Of a DNA stretch of 64,000 bases, positions 26,710-36,399 are shown one piece after another; within the stretch, counting starts at the first letter, position 1, and every line of letters begins with the position of its first letter. The stretch is taken from NCBI GenBank assembly GCA_963770975.1, contig CAVYRM010000002.1:94183-158182 (forward strand), given 5' to 3'. Below the pieces are notes generated by a model. That model was not told the origin of the DNA. It made no database searches and was given only the letters and a program-made list of their open reading frames with translations. A program made the position numbers and the translations under genes. The DNA is from an uncultured delta proteobacterium (GTDB lineage Bacteria > Desulfobacterota > Deferrimicrobia > Deferrimicrobiales > Deferrimicrobiaceae).

Positions 26710-28851
26710 ATGATCGGGAAGAACCTTCGTCACCGGATGTGGAAGCGCGCGATCGGCGTCTTCGCCTCGTGCGCCGTCCTCCTTCTCCCCGCGTTGCCGG
26801 CGCGGGCGGTCGAGGCACCCGCCGCCGCACCGGCTCCCGGGATCACCAAGGTGGTCCTTTACAAGCACGGGATGGGCTACATCGAGCGGCAGGGGAAGGT
26901 GCGGGACACCGCCGTCCTCTCCCTGCATTTCCGCGCCGACCAGATGAAGGACCTCCTCAAGAGCTTCTACGCGGTGGACCTCTCGGGCGGCAGGATCTCC
27001 TCCGTGCAGTACGAGACCAGGGATCCCCTCTCGAGACAGCTCCAGGACATCCTCATCACCGTCCCCGAGGAAGCGGCACTCTCCCGGTTCCTCGTCCAGC
27101 TGAAGGGCGCCCGCATCACCGTCAAGGCCGCGGGTGAGACGATCGAGGGGCGGATCCTCGGAACGGAACCGACGAACGAGATCGTCCAGGGACGGACCGT
27201 CCGCCAGGGGTTCCGTCTCGTCATCCTCACGGACGCCGGGCCCGTCCGGTCCACGGACCTGATGGGGATCACCGAATTTTCACTCACCGACGAATCCCTC
27301 CGGAGGGACCTGCGGCGGCTCCTCGACCTCACCCTCGACGGGAAGAACACCAACCGCAAGAAGCTCGTGCTGACCGCGGCGGGCCGTGGGGAACGCGAGG
27401 TGCGAATCGGCTATCTCGTCGAAATGCCGGTCTGGAAGGCGTCCTACCGCCTCATCCTCGACCCGAAGGATAAAGGGAGCGCCCTCCTCCAGGGGTGGGC
27501 GCAGGCGGAGAACACCTCCGAGGAGGATTGGAAGGACGTCTCCCTTTCCTTCGTGGCCGGCAATCCCTTCTCCTACGTGATGGACCTTTATTCACCGCTT
27601 TACGTAAAGCGTCCGGAGGTCCCCGTCCCAGGCCTGCAGGACCTGTCCGTGGACTGGAGCCAGGCCGCTCCCCCGGAGACCGGCGTCGAGGGGAAACCGT
27701 CGCGCGTCGAAGCGTACGGCAGCGCGGCGCCCGCTCCCCGACCGGAGAAGCGGAGGGAAGCCGGATACGCCGGGGCCGCGCAGATGATGGACGCGAGGGC
27801 CGCCGCGGAGGCTCCCTCCCCCGAGGCGCCTCTCGGAGGCCTCCTGGCCTCCAGTACCGGCGCGGATGCGCGGGGGGCGAAGGTGGGCGAACTCTTCAGC
27901 TACACCTCCCGGGACAAGGTGAGCATCCCCCGGGGACAGGCGGCGCTCGTTCCCATCGTCACCCGCTCCGTCCAGGGGCGGCGGGTCGTCTACTACAAGG
28001 CGGCGTTCTCCCCCAGGCCGACCGACGCCTGGGTGCTTCGGAACGACACCGATCTCACCTTCGAGGCGGGCGCCGTCACCTTCTTCGAGGGAAGCACTTC
28101 CCTCGGGGAGGGAATCCTCGCCCGCACCCTCCCGCCGGGAAGCCAGGAGGTCATCCCCTACGCCGCCGACGCCTCGGTGGACGTGACCCCGCAAGTCGTC
28201 GCGAGGCAGCAGCCCTTCTTCAGGGGGAAGCTCGTGGACGGCATCCTCTCCGTAACGAGGGGAGAGACCCTCACCACCTCGTGGAAGCTCGTCAACCGCG
28301 GAAAGCAGCCGGCGATCCTCTGGCTCAACCAGCCGAAGAATCCGCTGTACCGGCTCGGCAAGCCCGAAAAGCCGTTGAAGGAGGCGGACAACCACTACCG
28401 CTTCGAGATCGCCCTTTCCCCGGGGGAGACCAGGGAGTTCGCCGTCGAGGAGAAGCGGGACGTCCAGGAGTACGTGGACATCGGCCGCGCCGACGAGACG
28501 AGGGTCCGCTTCTTCGCTTCCGAGAAGTACCTGTCGGAGCCCACCCGCGCCCTGCTGGCCGAAGTGGGGCAGCTGATGTCGAAGAAGGCATCGCTCCGGC
28601 GGCAGGTCGACGAGTGGCAGGGACAGGCCGGCCGCCTCGTCGAGGAGGGGAACCGCCTGAGGCAGAACGTCAACTCCACCACCTACAACACCCCCGGCGA
28701 GAAGGAGCTTCGGGCCAAGTGGATGAACGCCCTGTCCGCCGCCGAGGACCGGTTGTCGGCCCTGCGGGGCCGGATCGACGAGGCTTCGGGGGAGGTGCGC
28801 CGGATCGAGGAGACCGTCGCCCGGAAGGTCCGCGAGTTCAAGGGGGATTGA
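26710..28851 (+). CDS. Secreted DUF4139-like protein with C-terminal coiled coil
   Basis: Signal peptide, KVVLYKHGMGY, YLVEMPVWKASYRL, WAQAENTSEEDWKDV. Confidence 0.7.
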   Translation: MIGKNLRHRMWKRAIGVFASCAVLLLPALPARAVEAPAAAPAPGITKVVLYKHGMGYIERQGKVRDTAVLSLHFRADQMKDLLKSFYAVDLSGGRISSVQYETRDPLSRQLQDILITVPEEAALSRFLVQLKGARITVKAAGETIEGRILGTEPTNEIVQGRTVRQGFRLVILTDAGPVRSTDLMGITEFSLTDESLRRDLRRLLDLTLDGKNTNRKKLVLTAAGRGEREVRIGYLVEMPVWKASYRLILDPKDKGSALLQGWAQAENTSEEDWKDVSLSFVAGNPFSYVMDLYSPLYVKRPEVPVPGLQDLSVDWSQAAPPETGVEGKPSRVEAYGSAAPAPRPEKRREAGYAGAAQMMDARAAAEAPSPEAPLGGLLASSTGADARGAKVGELFSYTSRDKVSIPRGQAALVPIVTRSVQGRRVVYYKAAFSPRPTDAWVLRNDTDLTFEAGAVTFFEGSTSLGEGILARTLPPGSQEVIPYAADASVDVTPQVVARQQPFFRGKLVDGILSVTRGETLTTSWKLVNRGKQPAILWLNQPKNPLYRLGKPEKPLKEADNHYRFEIALSPGETREFAVEEKRDVQEYVDIGRADETRVRFFASEKYLSEPTRALLAEVGQLMSKKASLRRQVDEWQGQAGRLVEEGNRLRQNVNSTTYNTPGEKELRAKWMNALSAAEDRLSALRGRIDEASGEVRRIEETVARKVREFKGD

Positions 28852-28874
28852 TCCCGTCGGCCCGTCGCCGCGGG

Positions 28875-29231
28875 TCAAATGGCCTGGAGGAGCTCCTTCA
28901 GGCGCCCCACGTCCAGCGGCTTCACCAGGAAGGCGACGGGATTGAGTTCGCTGGCCGCCCTGACGGTCTCGTCGTCGTCGTAGCCCGTCATGAAGATCAG
29001 CGGGATCCCGAGGCGGCCGATGATCTCCCGGGCGGCGGCCAGCCCGCCGATCGAACCGTGGATCCCGATGTCCATGAGGACGATGTCCGGATTCTCCGTC
29101 TCCGCTACGCGGATCGCGTCCTCTCCGCTCGTCACCATGTCCACCACGACGCAGCCCCACCGCGGGATCGTCTCGGCGAGGGCCATCGCGTTGATGACCT
29201 CGTCCTCGACGATCAGCACCCTCCGGGCCAT
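28875..29231 (-). CDS. Single-domain response regulator
   Basis: VLIVEDE, PDIVLMDI, IFMTG, FLVKP. Confidence 0.92.
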   Translation of the reverse strand: MARRVLIVEDEVINAMALAETIPRWGCVVVDMVTSGEDAIRVAETENPDIVLMDIGIHGSIGGLAAAREIIGRLGIPLIFMTGYDDDETVRAASELNPVAFLVKPLDVGRLKELLQAI

Positions 29232-29233
29232 GG

Positions 29234-31600
29234 CTACGACTTCTCCATGTGGGCGAAGTTGCCGAACCGGAATACGAATTCGGTCACGGGATCGTACCGG
29301 AGCTCCATCTTCCCTCGAAGCTGGCGCACCGCAAGGTTGTAGACGAGTTTCAAACCGAGCGACTTGACCCGGGATACATCCAGCTCCCGGGGCAATCCCG
29401 GTCCGTCGTCGCCGTAGCGGAGCACCGTCCCGTCGCCGTCCCGCCGCAGCGAGAGGAGGATGGATCCCGGCTTCCCGGCGGGGAAGGCATGCTTCAGCGA
29501 GTTCAGGACCAGCTCGTTGACGATCAGGCCGATCGGCAGCATCGCGTCGATGGACAAGGAGAGATCGTCCAGGTCCAGGCTCGTGCGCACCGGCCCGTCG
29601 ATCCCCCGGTGGGTGCGAAGCAGCGATGCCACGAGGTCTTCGATGTAGTCCTTCATGTTGACGGAGCGGAGGTCCTGGGAACGATAGAGCTTCTCGTGCA
29701 CGAGGGCCATGGCGCGGATGCGGTCCTGCGTGTCGGACAGGGTCCGCAGCAGTTTCTCTTCCGTGATGTCGGCCGCCTGGAGGCCGATCAGGCTGGAGAT
29801 CACGTGCATGTTGTTCTTCGTCCGGTGCGCCAGCTCCTTCAGCAGGATCTCCTTTTCCTCCAGCGAGGCGCGAAGCGCGTCCTCGGCCCGCTTGTTGATC
29901 AGGACCTGGGTGATGGCGTCCGCCAGCGCCTTCAAGGCATCCAGCTCCTCGGCGCGATAACCGCCCTCGCGATTCCCGACTCCGACCATGCCGATCGTCT
30001 TCCCTCCATGGACCAGGGGCGCTCCGAGAAACGACCGGAGGGGCGGATGCCCTTCCGGCGCGCCGATCCGGTCCGGATGGGAGGCTGGGTCGTTCGTGAA
30101 GAACGCCTCCCCTTCCCGGACGACGCGGCCGTAGATGCCGTGGAGCCCGGGATCGCCGGGATCCCCGCGATGCCCGGCCTTGTCGAACATCATGCACAGG
30201 TCCCGCCCCGCACGGCTAATGGCGATATCGCGGATGCGCCCCTCCGGGCCGATTTCCGCGATGAAGCCGAACCGGCTCCCGGTGATCTCCTCGGCAATCC
30301 CCAGGCAGGCCCGGCCGAGTTCCTCCTCGGTCACGGAGGCGAGCGCGCCATGGAATATGCGGCCGATGCCGTTCAGGACCAGGTTCTGATGGCGGATCGT
30401 CTCCTCGGTCCGCTTGCGCTCCGTCAGGTCCGTGGACACCGCGAGGACGCTCGCCACCGTGCCGTCGGCCCCGAATTCGGGCGTATAGCGGGACTGGTAA
30501 TACCGCATGCCGTCGCCGGCCGGAAAATCATGCTCCGCCTCCGCCGGACGACCGGTCTCGAACACCTTCCGGACTCTTTCCCTCCAAGGACCGCCGTACG
30601 GCTCGGGCACGCCGATCCCTTCGACGGTGTTCCCGATGATTGCACCGGCCGGTTTTCCGAACAGCCTGGCACCCGCATGATTGATGTAGATGTGCCTCAG
30701 TTCCCTGTCGTACCGGCCGATCACCGAGGGTGATTGCTCGGCGAGCGTCCTGAATTTTTCCTCCGCGGAGCTCAGGGAAGCGGTGATGACGCTGTCCAGC
30801 GACGTTCTCCTGGCCTGCGCGGTGCGGGATGCCGTCACGAGTGCGACCAGGAAATACACTCCTGCCAGGTATTGCGCGAACCTGCCGGCCCATCCGACCG
30901 GGCTGCCGACGGAGCGCTGGATGAAGAAGGCGGTCAGGCTGATGGAAGTGAGCGCCAGGGCGGCGGAGTACCAGAACAGGAAATTCTCCCTGTTCCTGCA
31001 ATAGGTTCCCATGAAGATCACGAAGGAAAATGCGAACAGGACATCCGCCGAACCCAGGATCGCCTGACGCAACGTCGTGGGGCCGACTCCCTGGATGAAA
31101 AAGGGAGGGATCATGCCTCGCAGGGTCGCCAGCGTGAACAGGGCCGTGAACACCACGACCCCCGTGTACCCGAAGAACAGCCAGAATCCCGTTTTCCGCG
31201 ACTCCACTTCCGGGGAGGCCCCGCACAACAGGAGGATCGCGGCGGCATAGTGAAACAGCGCCCCCGCCAGGGCCCCCGTGTTGTAGATCGTCACGTTCAG
31301 GTTCGCGCCGGTTTCCGGGATGTGCCGGACGAAGCCCGCGACCAATCCTCCGAGCCCGAACGCAAGGACCCCGCAGCCCAGCAGGAGAACCTGGATGCGG
31401 CTGTTGATCCGGTAGTTCTTCATGGCGATGTAGGACACGGCAAGGCAGACGACGGTGACGAACAGCGTGTTCGTCAACGGGATCAGCCATGAGGGCTCGT
31501 AGAACGTGGAAGGCTTGACGGTCAGATGGAGGATCGCGATGGCGGCGATCAGGGCGGGAATCGGAAGAAAACACAAGTGCTTCCTGGACACGCTTGGCAT
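29234..31600 (-). CDS. Membrane sensor histidine kinase: multi-TM - PAS - GAF - HisKA_2 - HATPase
   Basis: About 7-8 TM helices, PAS, GAF, ELAHRTKNNMHVISSL, NELVLNSLKHAF, DDGPG. Confidence 0.9.
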   Translation of the reverse strand: MPSVSRKHLCFLPIPALIAAIAILHLTVKPSTFYEPSWLIPLTNTLFVTVVCLAVSYIAMKNYRINSRIQVLLLGCGVLAFGLGGLVAGFVRHIPETGANLNVTIYNTGALAGALFHYAAAILLLCGASPEVESRKTGFWLFFGYTGVVVFTALFTLATLRGMIPPFFIQGVGPTTLRQAILGSADVLFAFSFVIFMGTYCRNRENFLFWYSAALALTSISLTAFFIQRSVGSPVGWAGRFAQYLAGVYFLVALVTASRTAQARRTSLDSVITASLSSAEEKFRTLAEQSPSVIGRYDRELRHIYINHAGARLFGKPAGAIIGNTVEGIGVPEPYGGPWRERVRKVFETGRPAEAEHDFPAGDGMRYYQSRYTPEFGADGTVASVLAVSTDLTERKRTEETIRHQNLVLNGIGRIFHGALASVTEEELGRACLGIAEEITGSRFGFIAEIGPEGRIRDIAISRAGRDLCMMFDKAGHRGDPGDPGLHGIYGRVVREGEAFFTNDPASHPDRIGAPEGHPPLRSFLGAPLVHGGKTIGMVGVGNREGGYRAEELDALKALADAITQVLINKRAEDALRASLEEKEILLKELAHRTKNNMHVISSLIGLQAADITEEKLLRTLSDTQDRIRAMALVHEKLYRSQDLRSVNMKDYIEDLVASLLRTHRGIDGPVRTSLDLDDLSLSIDAMLPIGLIVNELVLNSLKHAFPAGKPGSILLSLRRDGDGTVLRYGDDGPGLPRELDVSRVKSLGLKLVYNLAVRQLRGKMELRYDPVTEFVFRFGNFAHMEKS

Positions 31601-31654
31601 GCGCCGAACCCTTTTCCTGCCCGGTCGGGCCGAACCGCGATCTTCGGGAAAACG

Positions 31655-33334
31655 TTATCGGACCCGGGGGGACTTTCTTCTGTCTCCGGCGGGGATCCGG
31701 ATCAGGAACTCGGCTCCCCCGAGCGTTCCGTTGCCCACGTCGATGCGTCCGCCCACGCTGTCCATGACCCGGCGGCTGAATGCGAGGCCGATCCCGGTCC
31801 CCTGACCGCGAGTCGTGTAGAACGGTTCGAAGATCTTCTCCCGGATCTTCTCCGGGACCCCCGGGCCGGAATCCGATATCCGCACGACGACCGAGCCGTC
31901 CGTAGCGTCGGAATCGATCGCGATACTCCGGTTGCCCGAGTGGTTCTGCAGCGCCTGGGTCGCGTTGTTGATGACGTTGATGAACACCTGCTCGAGGAGC
32001 CCGGCGCCCGCGTAGCATGCCGGCAATCCCTCGGGGATGGACACCTTGATGGAGACACCGTTCCGGTTCATGTGCACGCGGCAAAGTTCCACGGCCTCGC
32101 GGATCGCGTTGCCGACCTGGACGAGCGTCATGGCGGGGGGGGTCGGCTTCGCAAAGTCCAGCACCTGGCGGATCACGGATGCGATCTTTCCGGATGCCTG
32201 CAGCAGCATCTCGATGATCCTGTCCGTCGCCTCCTTCGTCCGGGCGTCCATACCGGGCGCCTCGTCGAGCAGGCTCTTCATCGTGGAGAGGTACATGTTC
32301 ATCCCGGAGAGGGGGTTGCGGATGTTGTGGGCGATGCCCGCCGTGACCTGCCCCAGGGATGCCATCTTCTCCTGGAGGATGGCGATCTGCTCGATCTCCC
32401 TCGTCCGCGTCACGTCCACCATGTTGACGAGGACGGCGATTTTTCTCCGGTATTCGATCGGCGCCGCCCGGCAATGGGCCCATAACGGGCCCTTGTCGTC
32501 CTCGGCCGGACTCTCCGTGCAGAACCGGATGTCGGTCTCCACCATCCCCGACGACGCGACGGATGATTCGTCGCACAGGCGCTCGAACCGCTCCCGGTCC
32601 TGTGGAAGGACGTTCTGCAGGTCCTTGACCGACACGGGGAGCTGCAGGCCCCCGAATATCCTCTGCTGTTCGGCGTTCGCGAACACGATCCGTCCGCCCG
32701 CGGCGATGAAGAACCCGACCAGCGAGCTGTCGACGAGGAACCGGAACCGCCGCTCGCTCTCGGCGACCTCCCGGTGGGCGTTGAGCAGCTCCTGGTAGAT
32801 CCGCGCACGCTCGGTGAGGTCCGTCACGACCATGCAGATGGCCGGCGGGTCGCTGTCCGGCAGCGCGTTCAGCGACAGGAGCGCGGGCACTCTCCCGCGC
32901 GGGGTTTCGAACGACGCCTCGCCCCGGGTTCCCACGCTGTTCGCGGTCGCCAGAGAACCCCGCAGTGCATCGCCGTCGGATGGAGACATGTATCGGAAGA
33001 TCATGCTACCGATGACTTTCTCGAGGGGGGTCCCGACGATTTCCGCGAACCTTCGGTTCGCGTAGAGGATCAGGCCGTCCTTGGCGAGGGACACGGCCCC
33101 GTCCCCCATGTCATCGAGGAAGACCCGGTATGTGCGATCGGCCCCCTCGAGCGTGAAGACCCTGTCCCCGGCCGGTCCCGAGACGAGGACGGCGTCCACC
33201 TCCCCGCCGCGGATGGCCGAAAGCGTCGCCTCGGCCTCCTCGAGCCGGGCGGAGAGTTCCGCGACCCGGCGTCGCAGGGCCGCCGTGCCCGTCTCCTTTC
33301 CCGAGTGATTCCCGGTCGTGCGGCCGAAGGGCAT
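31655..33334 (-). CDS. Cytoplasmic PAS-PAS histidine kinase
   Basis: LEEAEATLSAIRGGEVDAVLV N-terminus, AHNIRNPL H-box, DSGPG, GTGIGL. Confidence 0.9.
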   Translation of the reverse strand: MPFGRTTGNHSGKETGTAALRRRVAELSARLEEAEATLSAIRGGEVDAVLVSGPAGDRVFTLEGADRTYRVFLDDMGDGAVSLAKDGLILYANRRFAEIVGTPLEKVIGSMIFRYMSPSDGDALRGSLATANSVGTRGEASFETPRGRVPALLSLNALPDSDPPAICMVVTDLTERARIYQELLNAHREVAESERRFRFLVDSSLVGFFIAAGGRIVFANAEQQRIFGGLQLPVSVKDLQNVLPQDRERFERLCDESSVASSGMVETDIRFCTESPAEDDKGPLWAHCRAAPIEYRRKIAVLVNMVDVTRTREIEQIAILQEKMASLGQVTAGIAHNIRNPLSGMNMYLSTMKSLLDEAPGMDARTKEATDRIIEMLLQASGKIASVIRQVLDFAKPTPPAMTLVQVGNAIREAVELCRVHMNRNGVSIKVSIPEGLPACYAGAGLLEQVFINVINNATQALQNHSGNRSIAIDSDATDGSVVVRISDSGPGVPEKIREKIFEPFYTTRGQGTGIGLAFSRRVMDSVGGRIDVGNGTLGGAEFLIRIPAGDRRKSPRVR

Positions 33335-33338
33335 GCGC

Positions 33339-33665
33339 CTACTCCTTCGTTCCCTGTTTTTTCCGGATATCGAGTCCGTTCAGGACTTTTTCCTTGTCCG
33401 ACAGGTCGCCGAAGAGCTTGCGGACCGGGAGGGGAAATCTCTTGACCAACGTCGGCGCGGCAACGATCCGCTCGGACCGGGCGAGGTCCGGCTGCTGGTA
33501 GACGTCGATCACCTCGAGGTCGTACCGGCCGGCCAGGTGCTCCTCGCAGATGTTCCTGAGGTTTGCGATGGCCCGGGTCGATCGGGGGGTCGCCCCTGTG
33601 ACGTAAAGACGGAGCTCGTAATTCCCCTCGGGCGTGCGGGCGGACGTCCTGCGCTTAGCGGTCAT
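33339..33665 (-). CDS. kaiB: KaiB-family protein
   Basis: LRLYVTGATPRSTRAIANL, LEVIDV, IVAAPTLVK..PLPVRK..GDLS. Confidence 0.92.
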   Translation of the reverse strand: MTAKRRTSARTPEGNYELRLYVTGATPRSTRAIANLRNICEEHLAGRYDLEVIDVYQQPDLARSERIVAAPTLVKRFPLPVRKLFGDLSDKEKVLNGLDIRKKQGTKE

Positions 33666-33763
33666 CGATCTTCCTTCTCCATCGGAGTGAATACCGTTCA
33701 TGGCAATACGTTACCTAATGATAATCCATCCGTAAATAAATACCATATTCACTCTGGAGAATT

Positions 33764-34666
33764 TCAACGGGCGGCGGAGCGCGAGGGACGCGCGTAACCG
33801 CGCTCCCATGCGGCAAGATCGAGGTCCAGCGTGGCAAGGTCTTCAACAGGCAGCAGTTCCACGGGCGTCGGCTCGTAGGCGACGATCACTTTCAGATATC
33901 CTTTGCACCGATCGCACACCTCCGCCCGCGCCCTGTCGTGGCCGGCGTCGGGATACAGGACACCGAGGGAGGCCCCGGCATCGTTGCCGCAGAAAACGCA
34001 TCGGATCCGGGGGTACGGCCAATCCGCCCCGCAGAGCCCGCAACGCAGGTGCAGCGACCGGGCGTTTCCCGCGCAGTTCTCCGAGCACGGGAAGGTTCCC
34101 GCACACGAAACAGTACCCCGTCTCCCATCGCCGACGATCGTCGTTGTGGACAGACAGCTCCCGTTGCCACGCCCGGAAGGCCGGTTTCATTGCGTGGATC
34201 GCCAGCGTGCGGAGAAGGTCCGCCTCCCGGCCGGGGCCATCGACCGGATGATCCATATAGGGACAGTCGCCGGACACGACATCCCGCAGCAGGGGGGCAG
34301 GATCCAGGCGCCCTCGTTCCAGGGCATCCCGCACGGCGATGGCGCCGGCGACGTCTTCCCGTTCCAGGCGGCGTGCCAGCCGGATCATCAGTTCCCCGGC
34401 AGCCGCCGTATCGAAGGAGGGAAGGCGCCGCGAAGCAGCGGAACGCCCGCCGCAAGGAGTTCCCCGGCCTGCTCCCCTCCGATCGCCGCCGGAGAAGCGT
34501 GAAGGTCCGCCTCACCGACGAGCGGCAGGATGGCCCGGTAGAGCCCCGCCGCCTTCCCCAGCGCCGGCGATTCCCCCGCCAGGGCCGCCAGCCGGTCTTT
34601 CAGGATGTCGCTCCGTTCGTTTCCCACGGTTCCTCCCGAAGGCGCCCGCGCCTGCCCGCCGCTCAC
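33764..34666 (-). CDS. fdhE: Formate dehydrogenase accessory protein FdhE, several frameshifts
   Basis: WETGYCFVCG, further CxxC pairs in shifted frames, C-terminal DLATLDLDLAAWERGY; last gene of the fdh operon. Confidence 0.75.
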
Positions 34667-35576
34667 ACCTGTCCGGCCTGCACGAGGCTGATGCGGAGCA
34701 GCGCTCCGCCCAGGAGTACGAGGACGGACATCAGGAAGACGAGATCGTCGGACACCCGATCTCCCGGCGCGGAGCGGCTCGCGTACCAGTTCGCCGCGAG
34801 CGGGACGAGCGTCCCCGCCAGGACGGCGCCTCCCCAGAACATCGTCGCGTTGATCCCCCGAGGAGCGGCTCCGCGAATTTTCCCGCGATCAGGACAACCG
34901 CCAGTGCCAACGCGAGCTCGAGGATCTTGACGATCCGGTCGAACCGTTCGAACGCGGCCCGGTGCAGCTTCGGCAACGTCCGGCGTGACGGCCATGGCCA
35001 GGAAGATCGCCGCGGCGCCCGTGGAAGCGGAGGAGACGACGAAGAGCGCGCCGATGAGCGGATCGGCAGCCGCCCACAGGGGACGGGCCGTCACGTCGAG
35101 GACCACGCCCGTGTACCCGGCGACGAAGAAACCGGCCGCCGACCCGACGACGGCGTAGATCTTTCGGGGCCGCCGGTTGTAGAGCGAGGCGAACGGGGCG
35201 TTGCGCAGCCTCCCCTCCTCGACGAGGTTGTCCAGGAAGGAGAGGAAGCGCCATCCCCCCGTAGACGAGGAGCGCCCACGATCCGACCGAAAGGGGCGAC
35301 CGGAGGTTGACGATAGGGGAAACCGCTCCCGCCGTACAGCATGAGGTGCCAGAACCGATCCGGCCGGCCGAGGTCCGCGATGAGCAGGGGCGGCGCCAGG
35401 AGAATCAGGGGGAAGGCGAGGAAATATCCGGCGCGGCTGATCTCGCGGTGCTTCTTTCCGCCGAACAGCTCCGCAAGCGAGGCGATGACGTACGCCCCGG
35501 CGGAGACCCCTCCGACGAAGAAATACATCGCCACGTAATACCATTCCCAGCCCGGCGCGTGCACCTCGGGATTCAT
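34663..35576 (-). CDS. NrfD/PsrC-type membrane anchor, frameshifted
   Basis: WEWYYVAMYFFVGGVSAG, LIADLGRPDRFWH, AGYTGVVL..RPLW, LGGALLR. Confidence 0.78.
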
Positions 35577-36399
35577 CGGATCCACCTCCTCGTCCTTTCC
35601 CTCCGCCTGACCGCGCTCGCGGAAGCAGACCAGGGCGGCCACTCCCGACCGCGACCGCCCCCGCGATGGTGGCCGCCGAGGCGGCAGGGAGCCGGCGCTG
35701 CGGAACGACGGGACTCTCCGGCTGGCCGTACACCGCCGGGAGGCTCCAGGAACAGGTAGAACACGTTGAGCCCCCCCGCCTCGTCGTAGCCGTAGATGTT
35801 CGCCTGGCCGTACCCCACGCTCTTCAGCCGTTCGAGCCGCGCGTTCGCCGCGCGCCTGAGGTCCGCCACCTCGCCGTACCGGATCGAACCGGTGGGACAC
35901 GCCTTGGCGCAGGCCGTTCCCAGGCCGCGGTGGATCCGTTCGTTGCACAGGGTGCATTTGTGGACGGTGCCCGTCGCTTCGCTGAAGGAAATCACCCCGA
36001 AGGGACACGACGGGATGCAGTACTTGCACCCGATGCAGACATCCTGCTGGACGGTCACGTTCCCGAGGCCGGTACGCACGATCGCACCCGTCGGGCAGGC
36101 GTTCAGGCACCCGGCGTCGCCGCAATGCTTGCACGAGTCGCTCGAGAAGTACCATCGTGCCGGGACCGGTCCTCGCTGAACCGCTCGATGAACCGGACGC
36201 GGCGCCAGTCGGTGGCGCCGAGAGCGCCTGTATTGTCGTACGAGTCGCCGGTGAAATGAACGGCGACGGGCCGCTTCTCGACCGGGTCGTCCCGGAAGTG
36301 CGCCGGCTCGCCCTGAAGTCCGTTCCACTCCTTGCACGCCACCTGGCACGCCTTGCACCCGATGCACACGGAGGTGTCGACGAACATTCCCTTCGCCAT
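35573..36399 (-). CDS. Formate dehydrogenase Fe-S (beta) subunit, frameshifted
   Basis: DTSVCIGCKACQVACKEWN, CKHC..CLNACP, CIGCKYC..CPF, KCTLC..CAKACP. Confidence 0.85.
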
